From Nitrospirota bacterium (GTDB lineage: Bacteria > Nitrospirota > Nitrospiria > Nitrospirales > Nitrospiraceae): a stretch of DNA of 54,083 nucleotides. Position numbers and translations under genes: made by a program. Positions 1-10,980 of this stretch are shown here, piece after piece. The notes under the pieces were generated by a model. That model was not told the DNA's origin. It was given only the letters and a program-made list of their open reading frames with translations, and searched no databases. Within the stretch, counting starts at the first letter, position 1; each line of letters begins with the position of its first letter. The stretch covers positions 1 through 54,083 of the forward strand of contig VBOL01000043.1 of the NCBI GenBank assembly GCA_005887945.1, in the 5' to 3' direction.

Positions 1-745
1 GGCGGGCAAAGAAAAATGCTGGGCGGTCCTGCAGAGGAAAGTATAACGTGGTCGGGGCAATGCGGACCACCGATTCGAAGAACGAGAGTTGGACCTGCGA
101 GAGGTCGTAGAAACCATAGTAGAACAGGCGTTGCAGCCCGTTGAGGAACGAGGAACCTGAGAGATCCCGGCCAAGTGAGGCCGCCAGGTCATCCGGAGAA
201 CCGACCTCGAGCGACCGGCCAGCTTCCATGATGGCCGCATGCAGGGTGAACATGGAACGCAGCCAGGTTCGGTCATCCTCCTCGAACACTCCTTCCGTGA
301 GGGCCTTCAATGCAGTCGTCGGCGCGACCACCGCGTCTTTCAAATCGCGCACCGTCGCCCACAGGCCTTTCCAAGTTCCTGGTGAGGCAAGCAAGCGCGC
401 AAGGGGTTCGAGCCCTGGAAGCTTGCGCCGAATTACCTGCCGCACCAATTGTTCGAAGAAAAAATCGTCTGCCAATTGCAGGGTCGGCTTCGGAGCGGCC
501 TCAGAGACCGCCTCGAGATCATCACGCAGACGTAGGGCCAACTGGTGGAAAGTCAGAAAGTATATGTTGAGGAAGGTGCGAGGCTCGTCACGGGTGAGTA
601 ACTCTTTCACGTGCTCGACCAGGGAGGCCGAGGGGACGATGACGGCCAGCGGAGCAAAGGGATCGTCGGTCTTGCAGGACCGGATGTCCTCGACCAGGGC
701 ACGATCAAGAGCTGGATGAAAAGGCCCGGTGACGATGCGAAGCAT
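1..745 (-). CDS. AddB-like / PD-(D/E)XK-family helicase-nuclease subunit, N-terminal part (3-prime end beyond window start)
   Basis: Own minus-strand translation from ATG at 745: MLRIVTGPFHPALDRALVEDIRSCKTDDPFAPLAVIVPSASLVEHVKELL... The frame is open to position 1, so it is absent from the ORF track. + ORFs 141..719 and 310..570 are antisense shadows. Family from recalled similarity only. Confidence 0.55.
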   Translation of the reverse strand, partial: MLRIVTGPFHPALDRALVEDIRSCKTDDPFAPLAVIVPSASLVEHVKELLTRDEPRTFLNIYFLTFHQLALRLRDDLEAVSEAAPKPTLQLADDFFFEQLVRQVIRRKLPGLEPLARLLASPGTWKGLWATVRDLKDAVVAPTTALKALTEGVFEEDDRTWLRSMFTLHAAIMEAGRSLEVGSPDDLAASLGRDLSGSSFLNGLQRLFYYGFYDLSQVQLSFFESVVRIAPTTLYFPLQDRPAFFFAR

Positions 746-750
746 CTAGT

Positions 751-825
751 ATCGAATGATGAATGTTAAATGATGAACGTTTAATGACAGACAATTCACC
801 ATTCGATATTCATAATTCAACATCG
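751..825. terminator. long imperfect hairpin built from AATGATGAATGTT / TTCAACAT words (same word family as 12240-12321)
   Basis: Left arm cgaatgatgaatgttaaatgatgaacg, right arm caccattcgatattcataattcaacatcg. Lies just downstream of the minus-strand gene ending at 832. Confidence 0.4.
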
Positions 826-831
826 CAGAAC

Positions 832-990
832 CTAGCCGGTTTCCGGCCCCAACAGCTCGCCGTTACAATCCACACAGCACCAGTCGCCATCGATGAATGC
901 CATCGGATCGCCACACATGGGGCACTCGGGCGGAGGTCCCTTGTCGATGACAGGGAGCTCAGGTAGTTCACAATCGTCGTCATCGGCCAT
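832..990 (-). CDS. small acidic zinc-ribbon protein (hypothetical)
   Basis: ORF 832..1017. Likely start MADDDD at 990 with GGGGAG upstream. Two CxxC pairs (CPMC, CVDC). Confidence 0.45.
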   Translation of the reverse strand: MADDDDCELPELPVIDKGPPPECPMCGDPMAFIDGDWCCVDCNGELLGPETG

Positions 991-1007
991 GGAGCAGTCT
1001 TTCTCCC

Positions 1008-1304
1008 CTACTCGCACGGTTTCATTTTGAGCAACAAGGCCTTCTCGGCGCTCTCTCGACTCGGCACACCGACGAACGTCAGTCGCCCATCGATAATGGT
1101 GGCAGGCACAGCCCTGACCGAATGCCGATCGGCGAGGGTCCGTCCATCCTCTGTGGTGATATCCACCTCATGGTAACTGAAGCTATATTTCACCCGCAAC
1201 TGCTTCCACAGACTCTTTGCCGACGGGCAGGCCCCACAGCTCGGCGAGACTAAAAGCAAAATGTTCGGCACCGACTCCCTCCAACAGCTGCGCGATCCTA
1301 ACAC
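1008..1304 (-). CDS. thioredoxin-fold / glutaredoxin-like protein
   Basis: ORF track 98 aa. CGAC (CxxC) motif after a beta-strand ILLLVSPS. VPATIIDG motif typical of the thioredoxin fold. Confidence 0.6.
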   Translation of the reverse strand: MLGSRSCWRESVPNILLLVSPSCGACPSAKSLWKQLRVKYSFSYHEVDITTEDGRTLADRHSVRAVPATIIDGRLTFVGVPSRESAEKALLLKMKPCE

Positions 1305-1561
1305 CCGGTCGAATGGGGTGGCAAGCGAAGGAAGCGGTGCTGGTCGGACGGCGTTGGTCTTGCAAACTGACCGTTACCATGCTAGCGTGCCAAGGCTGTA
1401 GCGTTCAGGAGACCGTCTCCTTCTCGTACAATCTCGTGCGTGGAGGATCAGTATCAAATTCATATCGACGTCACGGACGTCGCTCGACTTGAGAATAAGG
1501 GGGCCAACCCCCCTCGCCTGCGCTAATAGGTGATCTGCAAGTCTTGAGGGGAGGTGAAGGC

Positions 1562-2335
1562 ATGGGAGTGGTTTCGATCAAGGAATTGTTAGAAGCGGGT
1601 GTCCATTTCGGGCACCAGACGAATCGGTGGAACCCAAAGATGAAGAAGTTCCTCTTCGGAGAACGCAATGGCATCTACATCATCGATCTTCAGCAAACAC
1701 TGGCTCGGATGGAGCAAGCCTATGCCTTCGTCCGCGACACCGTTGCCGCCGGCCAATCGGTCCTGTTTGTCGGGACCAAGCGGCAGGCCGCTGAAATCCT
1801 TCAAAAAGAAGCCTTGCGCGCCAACATGTTCTTCGTCAACCAACGCTGGCTCGGCGGGATGCTGACGAACTTTCAGACCATCCGAAAGAGCATCGATAAA
1901 ATGAAAAAGCTGGGAGCTAAGCTGGCGGATCCCAGCCAATACGGGCTGAAGAAAAAAGAAATCCTGAAGATGCAGAAGGAGATCGTGAAGCTCCAAAAGT
2001 ATCTGAGCGGCATCAAGGACATGCGCGGCATTCCAGGAGCCGTATTCGTACTCGACACACGCATCGAGCATATTGCCGTGCAGGAAGCGAACCGGTTGGA
2101 GATCCCCGTGATCGCTATCCTGGACTCGAATTGCGATCCGGACCACGTCACCTACCCGATCCCTGGAAACGACGATGCCATTCGCTCCATCAAGCTCATC
2201 ACGTCTCGCATTGCCGACGCCTGCATTGAAGGAACCCATTTGCGGACACAGCGCGAAGAAGCGGATTTCAAACCCGTTCCTGCAGGGGGAGACAAGGCCG
2301 CGGCCATCAGCTTCGCGAGCGCACCGGCTTCATAG
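1562..2335 (+). CDS. rpsB: 30S ribosomal protein S2
   Basis: [27 protein letters not shown] matches the canonical S2 N-terminus. GGAGGTG RBS lies before the ATG at 1562 (the ORF track starts at 1544). Confidence 0.95.
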   Translation: MGVVSIKELLEAGVHFGHQTNRWNPKMKKFLFGERNGIYIIDLQQTLARMEQAYAFVRDTVAAGQSVLFVGTKRQAAEILQKEALRANMFFVNQRWLGGMLTNFQTIRKSIDKMKKLGAKLADPSQYGLKKKEILKMQKEIVKLQKYLSGIKDMRGIPGAVFVLDTRIEHIAVQEANRLEIPVIAILDSNCDPDHVTYPIPGNDDAIRSIKLITSRIADACIEGTHLRTQREEADFKPVPAGGDKAAAISFASAPAS

Positions 2336-2394
2336 CGCCCAGCATTCATGCATCAACGACTACATTCACTGTTTACCGAGAAGGACCGTCACGT

Positions 2395-2991
2395 ATGGCT
2401 GGATCAAGTCATCTTGTCAAAGAACTGAGAGAAAAAACCGGTGCCGGCATCCTCGATTGCCAGAAAGCGCTCACCGAGAATAGCGACGATATTGAGAAGG
2501 CCATCGATTACCTGCGCCAGAAAGGCTTGGCCGCCGCACTCAAAAAATCGGGCCGTGAGACAAACCAAGGGCTCGTACACGCCTACATCCACATGGGCGG
2601 GAAAATCGGTGTACTCATCGAAGTCAACTGTGAAACCGACTTCGTTGCCCGGAACGAAGAGTTTAAGTCGTTTGTCAACGACCTGGCCCTCCAGATCGCT
2701 GCCGGGAAACCCTCCTACGTCAAACGGGAGGATATTCCCGCCTCGCTCATCGAGAAAGAACGATCGATTTATGAGGGACAGGCCAAAGAAATGGGAAAGC
2801 CAACGGCCGCATGGCCGAAGATCGTCGAAGGTAAGTTGGAAAAGTTCTTCCAGGAGAGCTGTCTGATCGAGCAGTCCTTCGTCAAGGACCCCGCCGTCAC
2901 AATTAAGGACCTCCTCGCACTGAAGATTGCCAAAATTGGCGAGAACATGAACATCCGCCGCTTCACACGGTACCAATTAGGCGAAGCATGA
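2395..2991 (+). CDS. tsf: translation elongation factor Ts
   Basis: [21 protein letters not shown]-terminal UBA-like signature. Follows rpsB as in most bacteria. Confidence 0.95.
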   Translation: MAGSSHLVKELREKTGAGILDCQKALTENSDDIEKAIDYLRQKGLAAALKKSGRETNQGLVHAYIHMGGKIGVLIEVNCETDFVARNEEFKSFVNDLALQIAAGKPSYVKREDIPASLIEKERSIYEGQAKEMGKPTAAWPKIVEGKLEKFFQESCLIEQSFVKDPAVTIKDLLALKIAKIGENMNIRRFTRYQLGEA

Positions 2992-3713
2992 ACTCTGCCA
3001 ACTATCGGCGCATCCTCCTCAAAGTGAGCGGAGAGATGTTGGCCGGTGAGCAGGGCAACGGTATCCAACCCTCCATCCTTGAAGGCCTCGCCTCGGAAAT
3101 CGCCTCCGTCGTGGCTCTCGACATCGAAGTCGCCGTGGTCATCGGCGGCGGCAATATTTTCCGCGGTATTGCCGCCAGCGCGTCCGGTATGGAACGGGCC
3201 TCCGCCGACTACATGGGGATGCTTGCGACCGTGCTCAATGCATTGGCCCTGCAAAACGCGCTCGAGCACACCGGCATTATGACGCGGGTCCAGTCCGCGA
3301 TCGAAATGCGCCAGCTGGCAGAGGGGTATATCCGTCGACGAGCTATTCGCCATCTTGAGAAAAAGCGCGTGGTCATCTTCGCCGGCGGCACAGGGAATCC
3401 CTACTTCTCTACTGATACCGCGGCGGCGCTCAGGGCAATGGAGATCGGGGCCCAAGTCATCATGAAAGGGACCAAGGTCGACGGCATCTACGACGCCGAT
3501 CCCGTGAAGAACCCCTCTGCCAAGAAATATCAGACGATCTCCTTTCTTTCGATTTTGAATCAGAATTTGAAAGTGATGGATGCCACGGCCATCAGCCTCT
3601 GCATGGATAACAACCTCCCGCTCATCGTGTTCAACCTGAAGGAACAAGGCAACTTCAAACGCGTTGCCACGGGCGAAGCGATCGGAACCATCGTCACGCC
3701 TGATCGCCGCTAA
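2988..3713 (+). CDS. pyrH: UMP kinase
   Basis: [13 protein letters not shown] ... GGGNIFRG ... [23 protein letters not shown] motifs. 4-nt overlap with tsf. Confidence 0.95.
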   Translation: MNSANYRRILLKVSGEMLAGEQGNGIQPSILEGLASEIASVVALDIEVAVVIGGGNIFRGIAASASGMERASADYMGMLATVLNALALQNALEHTGIMTRVQSAIEMRQLAEGYIRRRAIRHLEKKRVVIFAGGTGNPYFSTDTAAALRAMEIGAQVIMKGTKVDGIYDADPVKNPSAKKYQTISFLSILNQNLKVMDATAISLCMDNNLPLIVFNLKEQGNFKRVATGEAIGTIVTPDRR

Positions 3714-3731
3714 CTTTCTGGGGAGTCTCTC

Positions 3732-4295
3732 ATGTCCAACCCTACCGCCATACGCCAAAGAGTCACGGAGAAGATGGAGTCCTCACTGGAGCATCTCAAG
3801 CGCGATTTGGCCGGTCTACGGACAGGGCGAGCATCGGTCGCCCTCTTCGACGGCGTTCGGGTCGACTACTATGGCACGATGACCCCGCTGAAGCAGGTGG
3901 CCAATATTTCGACCCCGGAAGCCCGCCTCATCACCATCCAGCCGTGGGAACCTGCCCTGATCAAGGAAATCGAAAAGGCCCTGGCGGGATCGGGCCTCGG
4001 CATCACACCGTCCAACGACGGAAAGATCGTTCGCGTTCCCCTTCCGCCGCTCACCGAAGAACGGCGCAAAGAACTCAGCAAGATCTGCAAAAAACACGGC
4101 GAAGACACCAAAGTCGTTGTACGAGGGTTTCGTCGAGATGCCAACGAAGAGTTGAAGAAACTGAAAAAGGATGCCAAGTTAACTGAAGACGAGCTGCGAA
4201 AGGCCGAAGCCGACACCCAGAAACTGACCGACCAGTACGTTCAAAAAATCGACGACGTTGTGAAGAAAAAAGAACAAGAAATCATGGAAGTGTGA
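3732..4295 (+). CDS. frr: ribosome recycling factor
   Basis: 187 aa with LAGLRTGRASVALFDGVRVDYYG and PLPPLTEERRKEL signatures. pyrH-frr synteny. Confidence 0.95.
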   Translation: MSNPTAIRQRVTEKMESSLEHLKRDLAGLRTGRASVALFDGVRVDYYGTMTPLKQVANISTPEARLITIQPWEPALIKEIEKALAGSGLGITPSNDGKIVRVPLPPLTEERRKELSKICKKHGEDTKVVVRGFRRDANEELKKLKKDAKLTEDELRKAEADTQKLTDQYVQKIDDVVKKKEQEIMEV

Positions 4296-4310
4296 TCTCA
4301 AAGTTCGACC

Positions 4311-5426
4311 TTGTTACCCACCTACGCCACCGTCAATCTCGCGGCACTTGCCCATAACCTCTCTCGCATCAAGCGATACCTGTCACCCGGCTGTGAGATC
4401 ATGGCGGTCGTCAAGGCCAATGCGTACGGGCATGGCGCTGTGGAGACCGCTCAGGCGCTTGCCCAGCAGGGCATCGGGCGGTTTGCCGTGGCCTCGCTCG
4501 ACGAAGGTATCGCACTCCGCCAGGCCGGTCTCTCAGCGTCTATCGTAGTTCTGGGAGCGCTCTTTGAGGAACAGGTGTTCGACCTGGTCGCTCACCAGCT
4601 AACCCCGGTCGTCAGCGATGGGCGCATCCTTCCCACCTTGGCCAAGGCCGCTCGTTCACATCCGGCCCCCTACCCGATTCACCTCAAGGTCGAAACCGGG
4701 ATGGGGCGGCTGGGGTTTTCTCCGGAAGAGCTGCTCTCATTACTCGACAACCCTATCTTGCGAAGTCCCCTCCAGGTCGAAGGCATGATGACCCATCTTG
4801 CGGACGCAGACGGAGCAGACAGTGGCTTCACGGAACGACAACTTGGCGCGTTTCGTACCATGCTGGAACAGATCCGACAATGTGGTCTCACCCTCCCGTT
4901 GATACATACGGCAAACAGTGCCGCCATCGTCAGGTTTCCCGAATCGCACTTTTCACTCGTGCGTCCCGGCATCATGCTCTACGGATACCACACCTTCCCC
5001 GCCACAATCCCCGCGCCTGATCTCAAACCCGTTCTCTCACTTCAAACCAGGATCGTCCATCTGCGGACAATTCCACGAGGGGGAACAGTCAGCTACAACG
5101 GGACATTTGTCGCGACACGACCCACGCGTATCGCGGTGCTGCCGATCGGGTATGCCGATGGCTATAGTCGGCGGCTCTCCTATCGCGGATCGGTCCTGAT
5201 TCAGGGGCGCCGCGCCCCGATCATCGGTTTGGTATGCATGGATATGATCATGGTGGATGTCACCGACCTCGCATCGGTACAAGTGGGTGAGATCGTCACA
5301 CTGATCGGTCACCAGGGACAGGAATCGATCTGGGCTGATGAAGTGGCCGACTGGATCGGCACGATCCCTTATGAAGTCCTCTGCGGGATAGGCTCCCGCG
5401 TTCCACGTCTTTACGAATCCGCCTGA
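4311..5426 (+). CDS. alr: alanine racemase
   Basis: 371 aa. AVVKANAYGHG PLP-lysine motif and the PIGYADGY motif. TTG start in the track. Confidence 0.9.
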   Translation: MLPTYATVNLAALAHNLSRIKRYLSPGCEIMAVVKANAYGHGAVETAQALAQQGIGRFAVASLDEGIALRQAGLSASIVVLGALFEEQVFDLVAHQLTPVVSDGRILPTLAKAARSHPAPYPIHLKVETGMGRLGFSPEELLSLLDNPILRSPLQVEGMMTHLADADGADSGFTERQLGAFRTMLEQIRQCGLTLPLIHTANSAAIVRFPESHFSLVRPGIMLYGYHTFPATIPAPDLKPVLSLQTRIVHLRTIPRGGTVSYNGTFVATRPTRIAVLPIGYADGYSRRLSYRGSVLIQGRRAPIIGLVCMDMIMVDVTDLASVQVGEIVTLIGHQGQESIWADEVADWIGTIPYEVLCGIGSRVPRLYESA

Positions 5427-5453
5427 CGCACGACCGACACACTGCGTATAACC

Positions 5454-5583
5454 GCGCGAGACGGGCGGGACAGGCGAGGGTTAGAGGTCCGAAGTTCGAG
5501 GTTTTCAGAACTTCGAACCCTGAACTTCGAACTTCGGATTGAACCTTTCTCGCCCGTCCCGCCCATCTTGCGTATCTCGCGCA
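5454..5583. terminator. long hairpin between convergent alr and the OMP gene (GGGCGGGACAGGCGAG ... CTCGCCCGTCCCGCCC outer stem, GAAGTTCGA-word interior)
   Basis: Inverted repeat read directly. The same word set recurs at 18700-18850. Confidence 0.6.
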
Positions 5584-5588
5584 TCCGG

Positions 5589-7007
5589 CTAGTAGATCAC
5601 TCGAATCGACCCACTACCGTTATACAGCGTGGTCCTGTAGGTTCCATCGACGGTCGGGTTACGATTGCCGAGCACCGTACGGTCCTCGTAGAGCGCCGCT
5701 TGAAGCGAGAGATCAACTCCGATCGCTTTGGGTTTCAGAGAGCCCACGCCGAGGTCTCCACATCGCATCAGGCCCAGAAACGATCCCTGCTCTTTGCACA
5801 ACAATCCAAGCCCTCCCCCCACGACGTGGAGGTCCGAAGAAGGAATCCCGGGGTCATAGGTCAAATCAGGCATTTGATTTTGCTGGTTGGTATAGCCGCC
5901 CAGCAGCGCCACCTCCCAGTTCGGGAGCGATTCAAGCGCCAGCCACTTGTATTCGGTTCCGAGCATCACCGCATAGGTACTACGCCAATTCTGCGGCTGC
6001 GCGATCGTCGCACCGTTGCCCAACGTAACATCGAGATTTCGAACAGACTTCCACCCCACGTAGTCGACGTCCATCTCCAATTTCCATTCCCGTTCACTCG
6101 TCCGGACAGGCCAGATCGCGATCGCCCCCGTAATGATTTGCGGTAAGACCAGCGTGGCTCGGGCATCGGACACTTTGGCTCCATTAGCCAATAATGCGCC
6201 GCTCAGGTGCAAGGTCGCTTGACTCCGGTAGACGATACCGATATTCGCCAGCGGCCTTCCATCCGCATTGCGCAACGCCGTATACAGCAGGCTGACGTTG
6301 AAACCAGCCGCAGTGTCTTTCCCAAAGAGTTCAGTTTTCACCCCGGCGGCAGGAATCGACTGTTTCTCAACATGACCTTCGCCGACGAGTCCGCTGAAGG
6401 TATATATATCCGCACCCAGCCCTAGAGAGAGGTTCTCCGTTGCCTTGTAAGCAAGGGTAGGCTTGATGTCCAGAAGCGGTAAGGTACTGAAGGTCGTGGC
6501 CGTTCTGAACGGTCCATCGTTCGGCCAGCGAGTCAGCGATCCGAATGGCACAGTCAGGCCAATTCCGGCAGAAAGGTCACCCAGGGCCTTCAACCCGAAA
6601 TCCTTCAAGTTCGCCGTGATGAACGTATGCGCGGGAGGGGGCCACGCCGCACTCCCGTTCCGATCGCCCCTTGCTGTCGCTCCCGTCGGACTGGTGAAAT
6701 CTGTTGACCCTCCGGAAATCAGTGCCCCTGCCATGAACTGAAGCCCCTGCAACTGCGTCATCCCTGCTGGATTGTAGTGCAGAGCCGAGGGGTCGTCGGC
6801 TTGGGCTGCAAATGCATTGCTCATTGCGGACGCAGCGGCTCCCTGCCCTTGAATACGGGGCACCTGTGCCGAAGCCATCCCAGGTAAGCACGCCAAGCAC
6901 AGCCCTATCATACACATCCTTGGTAGCCACATCCGAAGAACCGATCCAGTCCTGCGCCAACGCCTGCCCCAGACTCTCGTGGTCATACTCCTCCTCATCT
7001 CACTCAC
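5589..7007 (-). CDS. outer-membrane transport protein, OMPP1/FadL/TodX family
   Basis: 472 aa. Signal-like N-terminus ending MASAQ, LHYNPAGMTQL motif, alternating beta-barrel pattern, C-terminal ...IRVIY. ATGA overlap with the upstream kinase gene. Confidence 0.75.
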   Translation of the reverse strand: MSEMRRSMTTRVWGRRWRRTGSVLRMWLPRMCMIGLCLACLPGMASAQVPRIQGQGAAASAMSNAFAAQADDPSALHYNPAGMTQLQGLQFMAGALISGGSTDFTSPTGATARGDRNGSAAWPPPAHTFITANLKDFGLKALGDLSAGIGLTVPFGSLTRWPNDGPFRTATTFSTLPLLDIKPTLAYKATENLSLGLGADIYTFSGLVGEGHVEKQSIPAAGVKTELFGKDTAAGFNVSLLYTALRNADGRPLANIGIVYRSQATLHLSGALLANGAKVSDARATLVLPQIITGAIAIWPVRTSEREWKLEMDVDYVGWKSVRNLDVTLGNGATIAQPQNWRSTYAVMLGTEYKWLALESLPNWEVALLGGYTNQQNQMPDLTYDPGIPSSDLHVVGGGLGLLCKEQGSFLGLMRCGDLGVGSLKPKAIGVDLSLQAALYEDRTVLGNRNPTVDGTYRTTLYNGSGSIRVIY

Positions 7008-9943
7008 CTAGGCGTGCTCGACTCCCCCGCAGACTTCGAGGACGGTCGCTCAAAAGGCCGAAACCAATAGTCTGCAACCCGTTGCAGTTCGTCGACATCA
7101 AACGGCTTCAGCATATAGGCCTGCGCACCCATGCCGATCGCACGAACCGCCAATTCCTTGGAGCCTGACGTGGTGACCATCACAATCGGGATCTGCTGAT
7201 CCCATCTTCGTATTTGCCGAAGCACGTCCATCCCATCCATAGAGGGAATGTCAATGTCTAGAATCATGCCCTCGAACGTCTCGGACTGCACCGCTTCCAG
7301 CGCTCGGACTCCGTCAACCGCTGACTGGACACGATACCCCGTGGCCCGCAAACAATCCTGCAAGAGTTGACGAATATCCGGATCATAGTCGACAATCAGG
7401 ATGCGGGGCGCGTCAGCCGATGTACTACCAAGTGGCTCCGCTATCGTGGGAAGCAATGGAATCGTGAAGTACAGCTCCGCGCCCCGTCCCAGTTCACTCC
7501 GCACGGCGATCGTCCCACCTTGTAACTCCACCAACGTCCGCACGATCGACAGGCCCAATCCCAGCCCTTTTATTCCGCTCCGGACCTCCTTGACTCGAAA
7601 GAACGGATCGAATATCTGATCAAGAAACTCTGGCGGAATACCCGGCCCGGTATCGCGCACGGAGACTCCGGCGAGCGTCTGGTTCTCCTGCCTCACCGTC
7701 ACCATAATGCTGCCACCCTCCGGGGTAAACTTCACCGCATTCTGGACCAAATTCATCACGATCTGGATCAGGCGATCGCGATCCGCCCAGACCATCAGTG
7801 GGGCAGGAGGAGCGACCGCCTCCAATGTCTGCTGCTTGGCCTGGGCTAACAGGCGCAATTGCTCGACTGCATCCGCCACACAGTACCCTAGGTCGATCTC
7901 GCCGGGAACGAGATCCAACCTCCCGGATTGAATCCTCGTGCGATCCAACAAGGCCTCGATCATACGAATCAGCCGGTCGGAATTTTCCAACATCCGTGAC
8001 AAGTAACGCTGCTGTTTCTCATTGAGCGGCCCCGTTAATCCATCGAGCAGGTTCTGCACGAACCCCTTGATGGAGGTCAACGGCGTCTTCAGCTCGTGCG
8101 AAACATGCGAGAGGAATTGAGAGCGCAAGCGATCCCCCTGCTCCAGCTCAGCCGTGCGTTCACGCACTTTGGCTTCGAGTCCGATGTTCAGGTGTTCAAT
8201 TTGTTCATACGCAGAAGCATTATCCAGTGCGATCGCGACTTGATGGGCAACCGTCATCATTAACTCAAGATCATCCTGAGTCAGACTGTGTGCCTGTATC
8301 CGATCAACCGTCAGACTTCCCAGAATCCGATCTTTGGTTTTCAACGGAACGGCGATCAACGCCTTGCCCTGCGTCAGCGAGGCGAGCTGTTGGTTCAACG
8401 GATGCATGAGATCCCACACCGCATGCACATCTCCAACCAACAACGGCTGGCCCTGCAGCAGCACGATGCCTTCCGGGCTCAGGGGATCGGTGACGGGGAT
8501 CTCACGAGCGCGCGCAAACGCCTGGATCTCAGGCGAAACGCCGAGTAGCCGCGCATCCTTGACGACCTGACGGACTGGATCGTAGAACGAGACCATCGCC
8601 CGATCGTAGTGCAGATCACTGGTCAGAGCCTCCAAGACTTTCTGCATCAGAGCCTCTCGATCCAGCGTCGAGCTGAACAGTAATCCCGCACGATGGAGGG
8701 CTGTCAGCTGGACTACTTTTCGCCGCAATTCGACGCGCGTCTGCTCCTGCTCCAAATACGCTTCTCGCAATTCCTCATGCCGTGCCTCCATGAACGTAAT
8801 CTGCTCCTGAATCAACGCCTCGCGTTGCTGGCTCTGCAGATGAAGATGGCGATTGATCAGCATTCTTGCGACAAACATGGGCACCAATCCGAGAAGAATG
8901 ACTTCGCCCAAGCTTGTTGAGGGATCCATCACGCGGAGTCCCAAGGCCAAAGTCAGGCCGGTTAGCGCGCCGCATAACGACCACGTCACATGCCGCTGCG
9001 ATTGCATGGTGCCGGCCACTGCAAGGATTGGCGCTACCTCCTCTCCTCGGTCGGAGACAGTTCCTTTAGACGAAGTATCCTCAGCCGGTTCGTGCGAATG
9101 GGATACGTGCGGTCGAACCTGCGATGGCCGGTCCTCTCCTGGTCCTGACACCATCTGCCAGAACCTGTGGCGCCATGTGCCCTGTCTCTCTACTTGCCAT
9201 CGGATGGCCCATTGGCACCATTCGTCGTCATTCGCAATGCAGGAGAGTTCCGTCAAAGTGGCCGGTGGCAGGCCATGGACGCGAGCCGGTACCGCCGCCA
9301 TAATGCCTTGAGCAGCCTGACACATCAGCTGCGCGCACCGTCTTCGATACGGGCCAAACTGCCGAAGGGTACGGCCGGAAAACTTCATCGCAAGGGTCGC
9401 GGAGGTCGACGTCACCTCGACCACTCGAAATTCGACCGAACCGGACGCGAACTTGTTCCCGAAGTAGGGAAACATGCCGTAAATCTGCGCCAGCGAAAAC
9501 GGCCGGGCAAGCACCTGCATGATCGAAGACGCCTTCTCCATCCCACCCCGAAACACAAATCGAGGATCGCCGGACATGCGCTCGCAGAACTCATACAAAT
9601 AGGCCGTGAACTCATAGGAGTAGCTGTTCCATGCATTCATCAGAAAATCCGGCGTCACATGATAGACCGGATCTTTGATGCGCTGATTCAATAGGCGGCA
9701 GAGGTCCTCCACCGCCTGACTCCCGGCTGAAGCGCCCCGCTCACGCGCCAGCGACTTCTCGAGGTAGACGACGACAGCCCTGATACTCATCCCGCTCAGA
9801 TCTCTGATCGTATATCCCTGCTCATCCAATCCAAACGGACGGTATTCCATCACCTCCCGCTCAAGAATCGTGCGGTCCTTCGGCAAAAGCTCACGATCAG
9901 ATTGCGTTTTGAATTCGACCTCATCCGTCATACTGCTGTTCAT
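7004..9943 (-). CDS. hybrid sensor histidine kinase / response regulator with GAF domain
   Basis: 979 aa. HisKA H-box SHVSHELKTPL, HATPase N/G boxes (NLVQNAVKFTP, DTGPGIP, GLGLGLSIV), C-terminal REC (ILIVDYDPD ... DIDIPSMDG). Confidence 0.9.
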   Translation of the reverse strand: MNSSMTDEVEFKTQSDRELLPKDRTILEREVMEYRPFGLDEQGYTIRDLSGMSIRAVVVYLEKSLARERGASAGSQAVEDLCRLLNQRIKDPVYHVTPDFLMNAWNSYSYEFTAYLYEFCERMSGDPRFVFRGGMEKASSIMQVLARPFSLAQIYGMFPYFGNKFASGSVEFRVVEVTSTSATLAMKFSGRTLRQFGPYRRRCAQLMCQAAQGIMAAVPARVHGLPPATLTELSCIANDDEWCQWAIRWQVERQGTWRHRFWQMVSGPGEDRPSQVRPHVSHSHEPAEDTSSKGTVSDRGEEVAPILAVAGTMQSQRHVTWSLCGALTGLTLALGLRVMDPSTSLGEVILLGLVPMFVARMLINRHLHLQSQQREALIQEQITFMEARHEELREAYLEQEQTRVELRRKVVQLTALHRAGLLFSSTLDREALMQKVLEALTSDLHYDRAMVSFYDPVRQVVKDARLLGVSPEIQAFARAREIPVTDPLSPEGIVLLQGQPLLVGDVHAVWDLMHPLNQQLASLTQGKALIAVPLKTKDRILGSLTVDRIQAHSLTQDDLELMMTVAHQVAIALDNASAYEQIEHLNIGLEAKVRERTAELEQGDRLRSQFLSHVSHELKTPLTSIKGFVQNLLDGLTGPLNEKQQRYLSRMLENSDRLIRMIEALLDRTRIQSGRLDLVPGEIDLGYCVADAVEQLRLLAQAKQQTLEAVAPPAPLMVWADRDRLIQIVMNLVQNAVKFTPEGGSIMVTVRQENQTLAGVSVRDTGPGIPPEFLDQIFDPFFRVKEVRSGIKGLGLGLSIVRTLVELQGGTIAVRSELGRGAELYFTIPLLPTIAEPLGSTSADAPRILIVDYDPDIRQLLQDCLRATGYRVQSAVDGVRALEAVQSETFEGMILDIDIPSMDGMDVLRQIRRWDQQIPIVMVTTSGSKELAVRAIGMGAQAYMLKPFDVDELQRVADYWFRPFERPSSKSAGESSTPR

Positions 9944-10446
9944 GTGTCACTCTTTTTATTTATAACTCTGCGGATGGAGATGTACTTTGACGTTCGTCAT
10001 AGGCAGAAGGTTAGGTCAACCGCGGGCCATCAAATTTTCAGCCATTTGTCTCGCCGTAACCATGGCGATTCTGCCGACTCTGCTGAATACCATCGCATGA
10101 CACACCTCCGATCAAAACAATCAATAGTCTATTTGGGGGGCTAGTATATATAGGTTACCTATTACTTTCAAATACGAACAAAACATTCCCACCAATTCGT
10201 GAAATGTTGACATTTCGACTCCTCACCTTTAACAGGCAACCTCGTCGATTCGGATTTGTGTCCGTAAAATGTGTGGGTAGGCTCAACAGGAATGTTGTGT
10301 GACAGTGGGAGGAACGAACGAGAACTGCCTGAGCGAGTGAGCCCGCACCTTAAAACTTCGGGAGAATCCGGAACAGCTCATCCCTCTCGAGATTGAAGAA
10401 GATTACGTTTCAATGAGTAGGATGATGCTGCCTCTAGCCTTTGCAG

Positions 10447-10642
10447 TGCTCTAGCAGGGTGCGGAAAGACTCTTTTGGCCAGCTAGAACTTCGATGGTCC
10501 GCACGTGTGGGACAAGTCAGGTCTGTCTGGTTATCGGGTCTGTCTGGTCTATCTGGCTAGTCAAATTAACCAAACAAACCAGACAGACCGAACAGACCAA
10601 ATGAACAAGACTGGTTGGCGGCCTTTTTCGGCATCCTGCTAG
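10447..10642 (-). repeat. MITE-like element, subfamily 1B: TIRs CTAGCAGGGTGCGGAAAGA / TTTTTCGGCATCCTGCTAG enclosing a GT/AC word hairpin
   Basis: Terminal inverted repeats read directly. Core ggtctgtctggt...accagacagacc. The right-hand CTAG contains the TAG stop of the gene at 10639. Confidence 0.7.
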
Positions 10643-10947
10643 TGATTGATCGATCGCTTGAGTATCTTCTCGACGCTTGCAACCTTGCTCTGTAAACGCC
10701 CTGCGTGGCCTTTTCGATAGTCGACTTTGATCGTGCAGGAAATGCGGCCGCAATCTTTCTTCATCCGTTCATAGCACCTTTTGACGACAGCAAATACCTC
10801 ATCCCACTCCCCTTCGAGCACCGTCCCCATTGGGTTCAACCGGTAGTCCACTCCGCTCTTATCGATAATATCGAGCGAGCGCGCCACATACTTGCCAACG
10901 CTCTCCCCCTTGCCCAACGGCGACATACTGAATTCCAATAGCACCAT
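10639..10947 (-). CDS. MTH1187/YkoF-like (DUF77) thiamine-binding family protein
   Basis: MVLLEFSMSPLGKGESVGKYVARSLDIIDKSGVDYRLNPMGTVLEGEWDEV is a typical family signature. Start moved to the ATG at 10947. Confidence 0.75.
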   Translation of the reverse strand: MVLLEFSMSPLGKGESVGKYVARSLDIIDKSGVDYRLNPMGTVLEGEWDEVFAVVKRCYERMKKDCGRISCTIKVDYRKGHAGRLQSKVASVEKILKRSINH

Positions 10948-10980
10948 GTGTCCCTCTTGTACCTTCCCCGTACGTTTCAA

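Noticed and set aside
141-719. 192-aa + strand ORF (and 310..570)
   Set aside because: Arg/Ser/Ala-rich low-complexity translation, typical of the antisense frame of a high-GC gene. The minus strand encodes a coherent AddB-like N-terminus across the same span.
2769-3758. 329-aa minus-strand ORF
   Set aside because: Antisense to pyrH and the tsf end, which have unmistakable signatures. The composition is shadow-ORF-like.
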